From Candidatus Magasanikiibacteriota bacterium (GTDB lineage Bacteria > Patescibacteriota > Patescibacteriia > Magasanikbacterales > GWA2-37-8): DNA of 64,000 nucleotides. Within the stretch, counting starts at the first letter, position 1, and each line of letters begins with the position of its first letter. Shown piece by piece: positions 38,577 to 48,218 of this stretch. The stretch covers positions 128,875 through 192,874 of the forward strand of contig CAWJAS010000001.1 of assembly GCA_963840935.1 (NCBI GenBank). Direction: 5' to 3'. The notes under the pieces were generated by a model. It was given only the letters and a program-made list of their open reading frames with translations, was not told the DNA's origin and did no database searches. A program made the position numbers and the translations under genes.

Positions 38577-39662
38577 CTACTCGCCGTTCGCGGCGATGGC
38601 GGCTTCGACCTCCTCGGCCGAAACCACCGACTCCTGGCGACCGACGAGGCGGCGCGTGCGCTTGCCGCTATTCACGTGGTCGAGGAGCAGGGTGTAGAGG
38701 ATCTTGTGCGCCGTACCGCCCGCGCTGGCCAGGTTGCGTACCTGCGGGTCGTTGATCGGGAATTGGGCGATCTTGCGCGCCAGATCCCTTTCGATGTAGA
38801 GGCGCTTGTCCCGCCAGAAGGTGGTGTGGCGCGAGAGCAGGAGCGCCAGGCACATCAGGAAGGTGAGGCGCAGGTGCGTCGCGCCCTCTTTGAAGGTGAC
38901 GACCCTGATGCCCCAGGCCTTGTCGACCAGGTCGAAGAAGGTCCTGATGTTCTCGCGCAGGATGTTGCGCCCGACGCGGTTGTGGATCACTTCGATGCCA
39001 CGACCGAGTTCCCGCCAGCCGTTGCTGAGACCGGGACCGACATGCGAGTGCAGGGCGCCGATGACCTTGGCGAAGGACACGGCGCTGATCAGCTGCTCGC
39101 GCGTCTGGCGCTGGCACCAGGATACGCGGTTGACGAGCACGAAGTCCGGGTCGAAGAGCGTCAGGTTGTAGATCGTCTCGATGGCTGGGATGTCCGCCCG
39201 CATGTTGCGCAGGAGGATGTTCGAGTTGACCTTGGTCCGGTCGGCGTTGAGGATGCGGAAGCGCTCGCGCTCCCACTCCTCGTTGGAGTTGAAGTGCACC
39301 GTGGCTCCGAGCCGGGGTTTGGCGTCCTCGTAGCGGCGCATCATCTCGCGGGCCGCGGTTACCCGTTGGAGCCCGTCGATGATGTAGACGTCGTTCGGCA
39401 GGACGAAGACGCCCGGCTCGCGCTCGCGGAAGTTCCCTCCCCGGGCCCCGAGATCGATGTCGGGAATGGGGTCGCCCTTGACCATCGCGTCGATAATCTC
39501 GTTGATGGTCTGAATGGGGAGAACCTCGCGCTGGTACTCGGCCTGCTTGAACAGACCGAAGGAGTCCGGATCGATCACCCCGCGTAGGATGATCGTGCCT
39601 CCGGACACCTCGTCCAGTGCTCCGTGGTACAGCTTCACACAGTCCCTGTCCTTGTTGCCCAT
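38577..39662 (-). CDS. ParB/sulfiredoxin-fold DGQHR/DndB-like (DUF262-like) domain protein, GC-rich foreign gene
   Basis: VYIIDGLQRVTAARE core resembling the DGQHR/DGQQR motif of DndB/DUF262 ParB-like nuclease domains. ~360 aa as in DndB. Start taken at MGNKDRD with RBS aaaggagcccaacATG. The plus-strand ORF 38532-39587 is the antisense shadow. Confidence 0.5.
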   Translation of the reverse strand: MGNKDRDCVKLYHGALDEVSGGTIILRGVIDPDSFGLFKQAEYQREVLPIQTINEIIDAMVKGDPIPDIDLGARGGNFREREPGVFVLPNDVYIIDGLQRVTAAREMMRRYEDAKPRLGATVHFNSNEEWERERFRILNADRTKVNSNILLRNMRADIPAIETIYNLTLFDPDFVLVNRVSWCQRQTREQLISAVSFAKVIGALHSHVGPGLSNGWRELGRGIEVIHNRVGRNILRENIRTFFDLVDKAWGIRVVTFKEGATHLRLTFLMCLALLLSRHTTFWRDKRLYIERDLARKIAQFPINDPQVRNLASAGGTAHKILYTLLLDHVNSGKRTRRLVGRQESVVSAEEVEAAIAANGE

Positions 39663-39791
39663 GTTGGGCTCCTTTCTTGTGCGGGGTATGGCTCCCGAAG
39701 GATAGCTACCCGCACATGTTGTAAGAAACGCGTTCAAAGTAACACATTTTGCGCTTTTTGTCAAGACACCAGGAGCCGACGTCGGTTTGTA

Positions 39792-39822
39792 TAAAAAGAG
39801 GCGCCACGAGGCGCCTTTACGT
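39792..39822. repeat. Hairpin AAAGAGGCGccacgagGCGCCTTT, right boundary of the GC-rich island; also acts as the minus-strand terminator for the 39837-40190 gene
   Basis: See 38519-38545. Confidence 0.6.
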
Positions 39823-39836
39823 ATTTTTAATGATTT

Positions 39837-40190
39837 TTATGTCATTTTTTTAAATCTTACGGTGAAAATGGGCTCGAATTTATTGTTATATTCATCGGTT
39901 ATTTCCACGCTTTCACCTTTCATTAATTTGGTCATGGCCGCGTCCGACAAAAGCATGCTATCGGATTTAATATCAAGCGCGTATTCTTCCATTTTTTCCA
40001 ATTCACCGGAAAAATCCGCTCTGATGGCCGCTTCAATTTGCTGCTTTTTTATTCTTGATGCTTTTATTTTGTCGAGAATTTCCTGATACTCGGCCGATGA
40101 CATTAAAGCTTCTTTGAGGGCGCTTCTGATATCTTTTTGTTTCTTTTTTGTTTCTTGCAGGCGGTTGTAAACTTCTTGGAGATTGGCCAT
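39837..40190 (-). CDS. Hypothetical charged protein
   Basis: 117 aa. No motif recognised. Confidence 0.45.
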   Translation of the reverse strand: MANLQEVYNRLQETKKKQKDIRSALKEALMSSAEYQEILDKIKASRIKKQQIEAAIRADFSGELEKMEEYALDIKSDSMLLSDAAMTKLMKGESVEITDEYNNKFEPIFTVRFKKMT

Positions 40191-40280
40191 AGAATATTTT
40201 GTTATTTTTAATAGAGCATATTATAGCACACGGTGAGTAATAAAAAAAGACGCCTAGGATGGCGCCTTTTTTGGCAGTGT

Positions 40281-40658
40281 TTATTGTGATTTCCAGAGTC
40301 CGTGCACGTTGCAATAGGCGCGGGCCTGAATATTTTGCACGTCAACGCAGAATTCGGCTTCGGGCGCTTCGTTTGGTTGCAAGAATTTTCTGTAAACTTT
40401 TTTATCGGCGATAATTTCAATCCATTCAATAAAGTGTTTTTCTTCCATCGGGTGGGGGATTGAGCCGATTTTCACTTTTACGCCGTTTTCGATTCGCTCA
40501 ATTACCGGGACGTGTTTTTCCCCACCTTCATCATTTATTTTTTCTTCTTGTAGTTTCATTGGTTGTCCGCAACAGACAAGTTCACCCGCGCCTTCATGCA
40601 CCATTTCGACTATGTTTCCGCAAACTTCACATTTGTATACTTGGTTAATTTGGGTCAT
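40281..40658 (-). CDS. dfx: Desulfoferrodoxin (2Fe superoxide reductase)
   Basis: N-terminal desulforedoxin [26 protein letters not shown]-terminal neelaredoxin-type domain with KHVPV and His/Cys ligands. Confidence 0.85.
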   Translation of the reverse strand: MTQINQVYKCEVCGNIVEMVHEGAGELVCCGQPMKLQEEKINDEGGEKHVPVIERIENGVKVKIGSIPHPMEEKHFIEWIEIIADKKVYRKFLQPNEAPEAEFCVDVQNIQARAYCNVHGLWKSQ

Positions 40659-40667
40659 ATTATTTAA

Positions 40668-41640
40668 TTATTTTTTATAGGCCACATAAATATCCGCTTC
40701 AATCATTATACCATTTTCATAATAATGATGCACAAAGTAAATGTTTCCCGCCTCGTCCAGAGTTGGTTCGCCGGCAAATTGCGAAATAATTAATTCCGGC
40801 TCGCTCCAAACGCCGTTACTTTTTATAGAGCGAAAAATCGCAGGTGTTCCCTTGTAAGTTCGTGTGAACCATAATTCATTTCCGTCTGACGACACAAATG
40901 GCCAGCCTTCAGGTTCTTCACTGTTCACATTTTCAATATTTTTCGGTTCGCTCCAAGCGTTTCCGTTTCTTGTGGTCGTCCATATATCGTAAAGGCCGAA
41001 ATCCACCCGGTCGATCCGAATGAAAATACAGTTCATTGCCGTGAATATGGACTTCTCCAATTTTCAATTCTTTCATCAATCGGTCGCCGGAATATTTCCA
41101 GTTTGTCCAAACATTATTTTTTAATTCAGCGGTGAACATGTTTACATCTTCAAATCCTTCTCTGGCCGAAGCAAACCACATTTCATTATTTTGTATGACA
41201 ACAGCGCCGTCTAGTGAAAGTTTGCCTGGTTTTTCAAGCCAAATTCGTTCGGCTTCTCGCCATTCATTGTTAATTTTGCTCGAAACCCAGACGCCGGTCA
41301 CACTGTCCAATATTTGTTTTTCAACCGGTATTCGCACATCAGGGGTAAAAAAGAAATACAAAGTATTGCCATCCGGAAGTACAAAAGGGGAATCTTCCGC
41401 TCCGGAAGTGTTTATGGCTGAAGCAAGCGGTATGGGCTTTTCATATTCTTTGGAATGAAGAATCGGCGGATGAACATCTGTTTTTGGTTCTCTTTTCGTA
41501 ATATCCGCAGGCAGTTTATCGGTTCGATTTATTTTTGGGTATGTTTCGTCCGGTGTTTTTTGCGCGCAACCGAAAGTGAAAAGCGTCAAAGCCAATAATC
41601 CAAAAATTAAAAAATATTTATTGTTTATTTTTTGAAGCAT
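40668..41640 (-). pseudogene. TolB-like beta-propeller (PD40 repeat) lipoprotein interrupted by a +1 frameshift in a T3 run; split into ORFs 40933-41640 and 40668-41060
   Basis: Signal peptide with lipobox LTLFTFGC. PD40-like repeats NELYFHSDRPGG / FGLYDIW continue across the frame change at ~41018-41026. Removing one T restores PGGFGLYDIW. Confidence 0.6.
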
Positions 41641-41928
41641 AGTAGAAAATAATTCATAAATTAAATTATACTTTGTTTTTTATTATACCAATAATGCCGA
41701 TGGCGACTATAATGAGTCCGAGTAGTTGTGCTCCCGGGCTATCATCATATCCACCATACACAAACAAAAAAATACCACATGGCACAATAAAAATGAAAAA
41801 TAATATTTTTATTTTATTCATATAGAAATCATAACATATCATCTCTTTAAAAAAAAGATGGAATAGTGTGGCAATAAAAAAGCCGCCAGCAATAAATTGC
41901 CAGCGGCGAGACGTTGAAAACTCGAGAA

Positions 41929-42279
41929 TTAACCCGGATTTTTGCTTATCGGTTTTTCCTCGTTATCCATTTTGATGGCGAGAGCCAAAAGTACAATCGC
42001 ATTACGAACGCGCAGGCTTAGACCACCACCATGATAAGTGCGAAATCTTAATGACCCGCCTTCGCTCGGAGCGTCAATCCACATGTGAGTATCGCCGTCA
42101 CCGCTGATAATCACATTAATTTTACCGGTGCGGGTCCCGTTGTCGTCGTCGTGATTTCTTGTGTATCGGCACATTGTATTCAAATCATTGAGCCAATACG
42201 CGCCCTCTAGCAAGTTTATTACTTGCTGGCGAAGTTCTTCATCGTTCAGTTTTTCCGGTATTATTTTTTTGCTCGGCAT
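41929..42279 (-). CDS. Hypothetical protein
   Basis: 116 aa. No motif recognised. Confidence 0.4.
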   Translation of the reverse strand: MPSKKIIPEKLNDEELRQQVINLLEGAYWLNDLNTMCRYTRNHDDDNGTRTGKINVIISGDGDTHMWIDAPSEGGSLRFRTYHGGGLSLRVRNAIVLLALAIKMDNEEKPISKNPG

Positions 42280-42358
42280 TGATTATTTCTCCTTTTTTGC
42301 GAAAAGATCAGTTTAAAAAATAGCATTTATTTAATGCTGTGTCAATGCTTTGCGGGAT

Positions 42359-42372
42359 GGTTTTGGTTTTTC
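42359..42372. repeat. Second copy of the tRNA-Asn 3-prime end (GCTCTAGGGGtAGc) 78 bp downstream of the tRNA
   Basis: gctctaggggcagg at 42437-42450 versus gctctaggggtagc at 42359-42372. Confidence 0.5.
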
Positions 42373-42438
42373 TTTCGCTCGCTCTAGGGGTAGCCCCGAG
42401 ATAAACTCGGGGCGCTAAAGCGGATTCGAATAATTTTG

Positions 42439-42511
42439 CTCTAGGGGCAGGACTCGAACCTGCAACTACTTCGTTAACAGCGAAGCGTTCTACCAATTGA
42501 ACTACCCTAGA
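42439..42511 (-). tRNA. tRNA-Asn (anticodon GUU)
   Basis: Reverse complement folds as a cloverleaf. Acceptor TCTAGGG/CCCTAGA. D-arm GTTCaattggtaGAAC. Anticodon stem CTTCG/CGAAG with loop CTGTTAA. T-arm GCAGGttcgagtCCTGC. No encoded CCA. Confidence 0.85.
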
Positions 42512-42639
42512 ATATCAAAAAACCCGCCTATAGCGGGTCTGTTTTTGCAAATAAAAACTCACCCGCTAGGCAGTATTAGAATTATTATTATTTGTGCGAG
42601 TAATTTTTATCATACTTCTGTAGTATAGCATAAAAACGG

Positions 42640-43110
42640 CTATTTGTCAAGCTCCTTAACTTCAAATTTTTCAATTATACTGCCATCTTCGTTAAAGTAG
42701 AATGAACCTTTTAATTTTTTACCCGCGATCATTGACGGTACCCAATATTTGTCATCAATCCACATGTTGTCATATGGCAAAGCTGTTTTTTCAAACCACT
42801 GTGGTATCATCTCATCAGATTCAATCGGTTCGCCGATCCAGTTTTCAATTGTGTAAATAAACACTTGTTGATCCCAATCCGGCTTCCCGTTAAAATGAAA
42901 TGCTATGTCGCCGACCTCACGCAGATCATTCGGTTCAACATGTACGCCTATTTCCTCTTTTGTTTCACGGACAGCGGCAATTTCTTTTGTTTCATCCTGT
43001 TGTACCTTGCCTCCGACACCATTCCACTTACCAACGCCAAAACCGCGCTTTTTCATAGCGAGCAGTATTTCCTTTTCTTTAAGCAGAAAACACAAAGTAC
43101 ACATTCTCAT
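42640..43110 (-). CDS. NUDIX hydrolase (MutT-like)
   Basis: Nudix box GKWNGVGGKVQQDETKEIAAVRETKEEIGV. Confidence 0.85.
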   Translation of the reverse strand: MRMCTLCFLLKEKEILLAMKKRGFGVGKWNGVGGKVQQDETKEIAAVRETKEEIGVHVEPNDLREVGDIAFHFNGKPDWDQQVFIYTIENWIGEPIESDEMIPQWFEKTALPYDNMWIDDKYWVPSMIAGKKLKGSFYFNEDGSIIEKFEVKELDK

Positions 43111-43111
43111 A

Positions 43112-43741
43112 CTATCTACTGTAAAGCCCTGTTAAAGTCGCCTCCGTAATAATGTGGTTTTGCATGGCGTTTAATAATACTGTTTTTGTTGCATCTTTTG
43201 GCAGGTTGAGCATTGTATCAAGCGCGTATAGTTTGAAGCGATAATGATGGGTGCCTTCAGGCGGGCAAGGACCGTTGTATTTATTGGCGCCAAAGTCAGT
43301 CGTGCCTTGGATGGCAGTCGGTGGAACAGAATTATCGTTTATTGATTCGGTTGTTGGCAAAATATCCCAGACAATCCAATGCGACCAGTCGCCCGAAATC
43401 GCATCCGGGTCGTCAACAATCAAAGCTAATGACTTGGCGCCGGGTGGGATGTCGGTAAAGTGAAGAGCCGGGTTGATATTCAATCCATCGCAAGTGTATT
43501 TGGCGGGTATTACGCCGTTTGGTTCAAAGGCGTCCGAAGTGATAATCATAGGTATGGTTATTATTGGCGTTTGCGGTGCTTCATGCTTGGCGATTTCTTC
43601 AATTGGCTTGGTTTTGTAATAAATTAAAACTCCGCCGATAAGCGCGACAAACAACACAATGCCGATGACAATAAAATGCTTGCGCAGTTTTTGCCACAAG
43701 CCCGGTTCGGGCAAAAATAATTGATTCAAATTATTTTCCAT
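43112..43741 (-). CDS. YbhB/YbcL (PEBP) family protein with N-terminal membrane anchor
   Basis: YTCDGLNINPALHF, LALIVDDPDA, HHYRFKLYALD. Confidence 0.75.
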   Translation of the reverse strand: MENNLNQLFLPEPGLWQKLRKHFIVIGIVLFVALIGGVLIYYKTKPIEEIAKHEAPQTPIITIPMIITSDAFEPNGVIPAKYTCDGLNINPALHFTDIPPGAKSLALIVDDPDAISGDWSHWIVWDILPTTESINDNSVPPTAIQGTTDFGANKYNGPCPPEGTHHYRFKLYALDTMLNLPKDATKTVLLNAMQNHIITEATLTGLYSR

Positions 43742-43742
43742 T

Positions 43743-44723
43743 TTAAATTATTTTTATTCCGATTTTGCTTTTTACTTCGACCATTTTTTTGCCGGCGATA
43801 TCATTTGCTTTCCTTGCGCTTTCTATAAACATTTTTTTCACCTCTGAATCTTTTATCTTATTAAACTTATCTTGAAAATCACTTAAGAAATCCGTTACTA
43901 TTATTTGCAATCCGTTTTTGAAATCAGCATAACCCTTGTCTTCGTATTCTTTTTCAATATCTTTTATTTCACGATTTTCAAGTAACGAATAAATTGTGAG
44001 CAGGTTGGTCAGGGCCGGTTTATCGGCGCCTGATTTGATTTCACTTCCGGAATCGGTGACCGCGCGTTTAATTTTTTTGCCGGATACAGTTGGGTTATCC
44101 AAAAGAGAAATATAATTGTTGGGATTGGGAGCTGATTTGCTCATTTTTTTGCTCGGGTCGTCTAGCCCCATTATTCTTCCGCCGTATTTACTCACCGTGA
44201 AGTCGGGGACAGTAAAAGTTTGGCCATAAAGACGATTGAATCTTTCGGCCAGCGTCCGGGCAAGTTCAATATGTTGAATTTGGTCTTCGCCGACCGGTAC
44301 CAAGTTTGTGTCATAAAGCAAAATGTCGGCCGCCATCAGCACCGGATAATCAAACAAACCCATGTTGATGTTGTCTTTATGCTGTTTGGCTTTGTCTTTG
44401 AATTGCGTCATTCGCTCAAGCTCGGAAACTTTGGCGATGGTGTTCAAAATCCATGCCAGTTCGGTATGGGCCGAAACATCGGATTGACGAAAAATTACTG
44501 ATTTATTAGGGTCGATACCGAGCGCCAAATAAGTTTTGGCCATCATTATAATATTTTCATTGAATGTTTTTGGATCGGTTTTGACAGTTAAAGCGTGCAG
44601 GTCAACAATAGAAAAAAAACATTCATATTTGTTTTGCAGTTCAATCCAATTTTTTATGGCGCCCAAATAATTACCGATGTGGAGAATGTTGGTTGGTTGA
44701 ATACCGGAAAAAACGCGTTGCAT
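43743..44723 (-). CDS. trpS: Tryptophan--tRNA ligase
   Basis: FSGIQPTNILHIGNYLGA, KMSKSAPN. Confidence 0.95.
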   Translation of the reverse strand: MQRVFSGIQPTNILHIGNYLGAIKNWIELQNKYECFFSIVDLHALTVKTDPKTFNENIIMMAKTYLALGIDPNKSVIFRQSDVSAHTELAWILNTIAKVSELERMTQFKDKAKQHKDNINMGLFDYPVLMAADILLYDTNLVPVGEDQIQHIELARTLAERFNRLYGQTFTVPDFTVSKYGGRIMGLDDPSKKMSKSAPNPNNYISLLDNPTVSGKKIKRAVTDSGSEIKSGADKPALTNLLTIYSLLENREIKDIEKEYEDKGYADFKNGLQIIVTDFLSDFQDKFNKIKDSEVKKMFIESARKANDIAGKKMVEVKSKIGIKII

Positions 44724-44783
44724 AGAAGTAAAATAGATGATTTATGGCTGGTATTTTATCGCAGATCGGGTAAAAGGTCAAAA

Positions 44784-45263
44784 TCAATAATGATATTTTT
44801 TACCCGCGTTTATGGTCATTGCCCGATAGATTTGCTCAAGCAAAAATACTCGGGCCATTTGATGAGTGAAAGTCATTGCCGAAAGCGAAAGAGTCGTGTC
44901 GGCGATTTTTTTTATGTATTCGTCAAGCCCCAAAGGCCCGCCCAAGATAAAAATAAAATTATTGACTTGCCTGTTTGAAAAGTCGCTGAATTTATCGGCC
45001 AGTTGTTTTGAAGACAATGAATCGCCATGTTCATCAAGCACAATAATATGACATTCGGTTTTTCCGACTAATGTTTTTTTAATTTTTTCCGCTTCTTTGC
45101 GTTTGATAATTTCCGGATCATCTTTTTCGCTAAACGGCTCTTCTTTTAATTCTTTAATTTCAATTTTGGCAAAAGGAGAGAGACGCTTCAAATATTCGAC
45201 TTCGGCCGAGCGCCAATATTTTTCTTTGAGTTTGCCCAGGCAAATTATGGTAATATGAAACAT
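44784..45263 (-). CDS. rlmH: 23S rRNA (pseudouridine1915-N3)-methyltransferase RlmH
   Basis: SPOUT_MTase RlmH pattern LDEHGDSLSSKQLA, FILGGPLGLD, LSLSAMTFTHQMARVFLLEQIYRA. Confidence 0.9.
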   Translation of the reverse strand: MFHITIICLGKLKEKYWRSAEVEYLKRLSPFAKIEIKELKEEPFSEKDDPEIIKRKEAEKIKKTLVGKTECHIIVLDEHGDSLSSKQLADKFSDFSNRQVNNFIFILGGPLGLDEYIKKIADTTLSLSAMTFTHQMARVFLLEQIYRAMTINAGKKYHY

Positions 45264-45333
45264 ATGGAGTTATTTATTGAAATTATACTGGTTATACGAT
45301 AGAATAACAATAGATTGATATTAATAAAAAAAT

Positions 45334-45729
45334 ATGAAAAAAGTTATTTGGGGACTCGTTATTGCCATTTTGGTGGCGATTTTGGCTTTGATTATTGTGC
45401 TCGTTTTTAATCCGTTTAATTCACGGACAAAATTAATCGGTGGAATAATCAATAGTTATTTGAGTTCAAAAATTGAGGGTTATACTCCGCTTGATAAAAC
45501 TGCAGTACCAAGCGGGTCAACCAACCAAAATCCTTTGCTTTCCGCGGACCAAGAAACGGCTTTGACAGATTTGGGAGTTGATGTGAGTCAATTACCGACA
45601 GAAATTACACCCACGATGCAGGTGTGTTTTGTGGAAAAATTGGGCGAGGAAAGAGCGGCTGAATTGGTAGCCGGCGCCACGCCTTCAGCCATGGATTTGT
45701 TAAAAGCGGGAAGTTGTATAGGGCAATAA
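45334..45729 (+). CDS. Hypothetical small secreted/membrane-anchored protein
   Basis: N-terminal TM segment. Confidence 0.4.
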   Translation: MKKVIWGLVIAILVAILALIIVLVFNPFNSRTKLIGGIINSYLSSKIEGYTPLDKTAVPSGSTNQNPLLSADQETALTDLGVDVSQLPTEITPTMQVCFVEKLGEERAAELVAGATPSAMDLLKAGSCIGQ

Positions 45730-45867
45730 AAATATTTTTAGTTAATAATTTAATTTTTTAAGAGTCCAGCAAAACCGGAGATATCACATTGGGGAGGGAG
45801 TTTTACCGAAGATAAGTTTGGTACAAGCGATAATCCAAGAACGCGGGATGGTAAATACAAAGAAGCG

Positions 45868-46233
45868 GTGGATAAAGGGCTGAATCCCGAGGAAGAACTG
45901 TTAGCAAAAGAAAAGGACTCAGAAAGTGAAGAAGGCTTCGATTCTTCCGATTTTTCATATGTTCGAGCCGATGGAGTAGAAAAATCTTTTGAAAAAGAAA
46001 GACGGGCGCGTCGGAACGCGGAAGAAGAAGCTGGTTGGTCACCGAGAAAAGGTGTGGTTGTGCGTGAGGCGCCCGATGAGTTGCATTCAGAAGCGGTGAG
46101 GAAAATAGCTGCGGAAAAAGCGCGATTTTTAAGAAACAAGGGGCAAACAAGAGGAGTACACGGAGAAGCAGGCAAGCGTCCGGCGCAAAAACCGGTCGGC
46201 AAGCCACAGGCTGACAAACGAAGGGCAGCATAA
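45868..46233 (+). CDS. Hypothetical highly charged protein
   Basis: RBS-like ggagggag upstream region. Competing antisense ORFs look spurious. Bidirectional terminator AATCCTCAGCCCTTGGCCGAGGATT at 46236-46262. Confidence 0.35.
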   Translation: MDKGLNPEEELLAKEKDSESEEGFDSSDFSYVRADGVEKSFEKERRARRNAEEEAGWSPRKGVVVREAPDELHSEAVRKIAAEKARFLRNKGQTRGVHGEAGKRPAQKPVGKPQADKRRAA

Positions 46234-46270
46234 GTTCAATCAAAAAAAATCCTCAGCCCTTGGCCGAGGA

Positions 46271-47497
46271 TTATTTATTTATGTATTCCGCGTATCCGTC
46301 TTCCAAAATCGCTTTGCGTGCCTCGCGCATAAGGTTCAGCATAAAGTGAATGTTGTGGATTGTTGCCAGGCGTTGACCGGTTAATTCTTCCGCGTTAAAT
46401 AAATGATGAATATAGCTTCGGGAATAATTTTTGCACGTTGGACAAGAACAATTTTTTTCAATCGGGCCCGCGTCTTTGGCAAATTTGGCGTTGGTGATAT
46501 TAATTCTTCCTTCTTTGCCAGTAACATAAAGCATGCCATGGCGGGCGAGTCGAGTTGGCGCCACGCAGTCAAACATATCCGCGCCCATTCCCACGACTTT
46601 TAATAAATCTTTTGGCGAAAGCCCCACTCCCATTGTGTAGCGGGGATTTTCTTTTGGCAAAATCGGCGCGAGCCAGCCCATTATTTCTGCGGTCGCTTCC
46701 ATATTATAGCCGATTGATTCACCACCGATGGCAATGCCGTCAAAATCAAGAGAGGCAATAAAGCGGGCTGATTCCTCGCGCAGGTCTTTGTGGCCCGCGC
46801 CTTGGATGATACCAAAAAGAAATTGGTTGTGCGGTTTGTCATCCCGAGCGTTAGCGAAGGATCTGTCACTAGCGCCAAAAGATTCTTCACTACTCCGCTT
46901 AACAGCGGGTCCGCTCAGAATGACATTTTGAAGTTTTTTGTGTTCCAAAAGACATCTCTCGGCCCAGCGGTGAGTGCGTTCCATTGCCTCTTTTGCATAT
47001 TCGCGCGGTGCCGTATCCGGAGTGCATTCGTCAAAAGCCATTATGATATCCGCGCCGAGTTTGTGTTGAATTTGGATGGCTGATTCCGGAGTAAAACGAT
47101 GAGTTGAACCATCCAAATGAGATTTGAAAGTGGCGCCGTCCTCATCAATTTGAATAAGTCCGCCTTGTCCGCGCGCTTCTTTTTGCAATCCGAAACTAAA
47201 AACCTGAAATCCGCCAGAATCGGTTAGAATCGGTTTGTCCCAATTCATAAATTTATGCAGTCCGCCTATTTCGGCGATTAAATCTTCGCCCGGGCGCAAA
47301 TGCAGGTGATAGGTATTGCCAAGTATTATTTGCGCTCCCAAATTATTCAAATCGGTTTGGTCCAAAGTTTTTACGGTTGCCTGAGTTCCGACCGGCATAA
47401 AACAAGGCGTTTCAATGTCGCCGTGGTCGGTGTGCATAATGCCGGCTCGCGCGCCGGTTTTTTTGTCTTCGTGGATTAGCTCAAAAAATGTTGGCAT
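46271..47497 (-). CDS. tgt: Queuine tRNA-ribosyltransferase
   Basis: ETPCFMPVGTQATVK, LTDSGGFQVFSF, zinc site CSCPTCKNYSRSYIHHL. Confidence 0.9.
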   Translation of the reverse strand: MPTFFELIHEDKKTGARAGIMHTDHGDIETPCFMPVGTQATVKTLDQTDLNNLGAQIILGNTYHLHLRPGEDLIAEIGGLHKFMNWDKPILTDSGGFQVFSFGLQKEARGQGGLIQIDEDGATFKSHLDGSTHRFTPESAIQIQHKLGADIIMAFDECTPDTAPREYAKEAMERTHRWAERCLLEHKKLQNVILSGPAVKRSSEESFGASDRSFANARDDKPHNQFLFGIIQGAGHKDLREESARFIASLDFDGIAIGGESIGYNMEATAEIMGWLAPILPKENPRYTMGVGLSPKDLLKVVGMGADMFDCVAPTRLARHGMLYVTGKEGRINITNAKFAKDAGPIEKNCSCPTCKNYSRSYIHHLFNAEELTGQRLATIHNIHFMLNLMREARKAILEDGYAEYINK

Positions 47498-47588
47498 GGT
47501 ATTGATTATTTACTCTTTAGCATCATATATATCACATTTTGACCCGTTAATCAATATTTGATAGGATAGTGGTGCTAATAAATATTTT

Positions 47589-48218
47589 ATGAGTGAAAAA
47601 TTTAACCCGATTATTATTGAAGGCGAAAAGGAAAAAGAATATCCTTTTGTTATTAATGAGCAAGGAGAACTCAGGATTCCCGGGTTCGGCGATATTAATG
47701 AGCCATACAACGCCGACGCGCATGAAGTTGATGATACGGGAGTGAGCAGAGCAGAACGTTTTCTTGATGTCATGAAAGATGAAAATGGAAAATACGTTAA
47801 AGCGCGATATAAAAATGAAAAAGAATTTAAAGGAAGAATGATTGAGCAAGCCAATAAAGGCGCCCAGGTGACAAAAGAAGTCCACAAAAAAATTGTTAGG
47901 CGATTAACTGGGATGCGGGAAGAAGCACCAAAAGTAAAAGATGCCAGGTCATTTGAAAATGTTTTATCCGATTATTTTGATTCAGACCCATGGTTTAGGG
48001 GTATGATTCTTGGTTGGGATGTGAAGACCATGAAATCAAAAACAACTGAGCCATCATATAAATTGTCGGTAATTTTTGAGGACAACTTGTATAAACAAGG
48101 CAAAAGAAAAGTACATTTTACCGGCACGTATGCGGAAATAGTGGATAAATTAGAGAAAAAAATTAATGAATATGAAGCGCCATTAAGATTGGTTCAGGAA
48201 GAAGAGGAAGCGGTATGA
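47589..48218 (+). CDS. Hypothetical protein
   Basis: Stop overlaps the helicase start by 4 nt. Confidence 0.5.
   Translation: MSEKFNPIIIEGEKEKEYPFVINEQGELRIPGFGDINEPYNADAHEVDDTGVSRAERFLDVMKDENGKYVKARYKNEKEFKGRMIEQANKGAQVTKEVHKKIVRRLTGMREEAPKVKDARSFENVLSDYFDSDPWFRGMILGWDVKTMKSKTTEPSYKLSVIFEDNLYKQGKRKVHFTGTYAEIVDKLEKKINEYEAPLRLVQEEEEAV

Noticed and set aside
38532-39587. 351-aa plus-strand ORF rich in Asp/Glu/Val/Arg.
   Set aside because: It is the antisense shadow of the high-GC minus-strand ParB/DGQHR-like gene. Its composition is the low-complexity pattern typical of mirror frames in GC-rich DNA, and it has no RBS.
42308-42496. 62-aa ORF.
   Set aside because: It overlaps the tRNA-Asn gene and its terminator hairpin. 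Its translation is Ala/Pro/Arg-rich from GC-rich tRNA sequence.
45750-46243. Two overlapping minus-strand ORFs (155 and 146 aa) opposite the 45868-46233 plus-strand ORF.
   Set aside because: Ser/Pro/Leu/Arg-rich mirror-frame composition. The plus-strand charged protein is more plausible, but even that call is low confidence.
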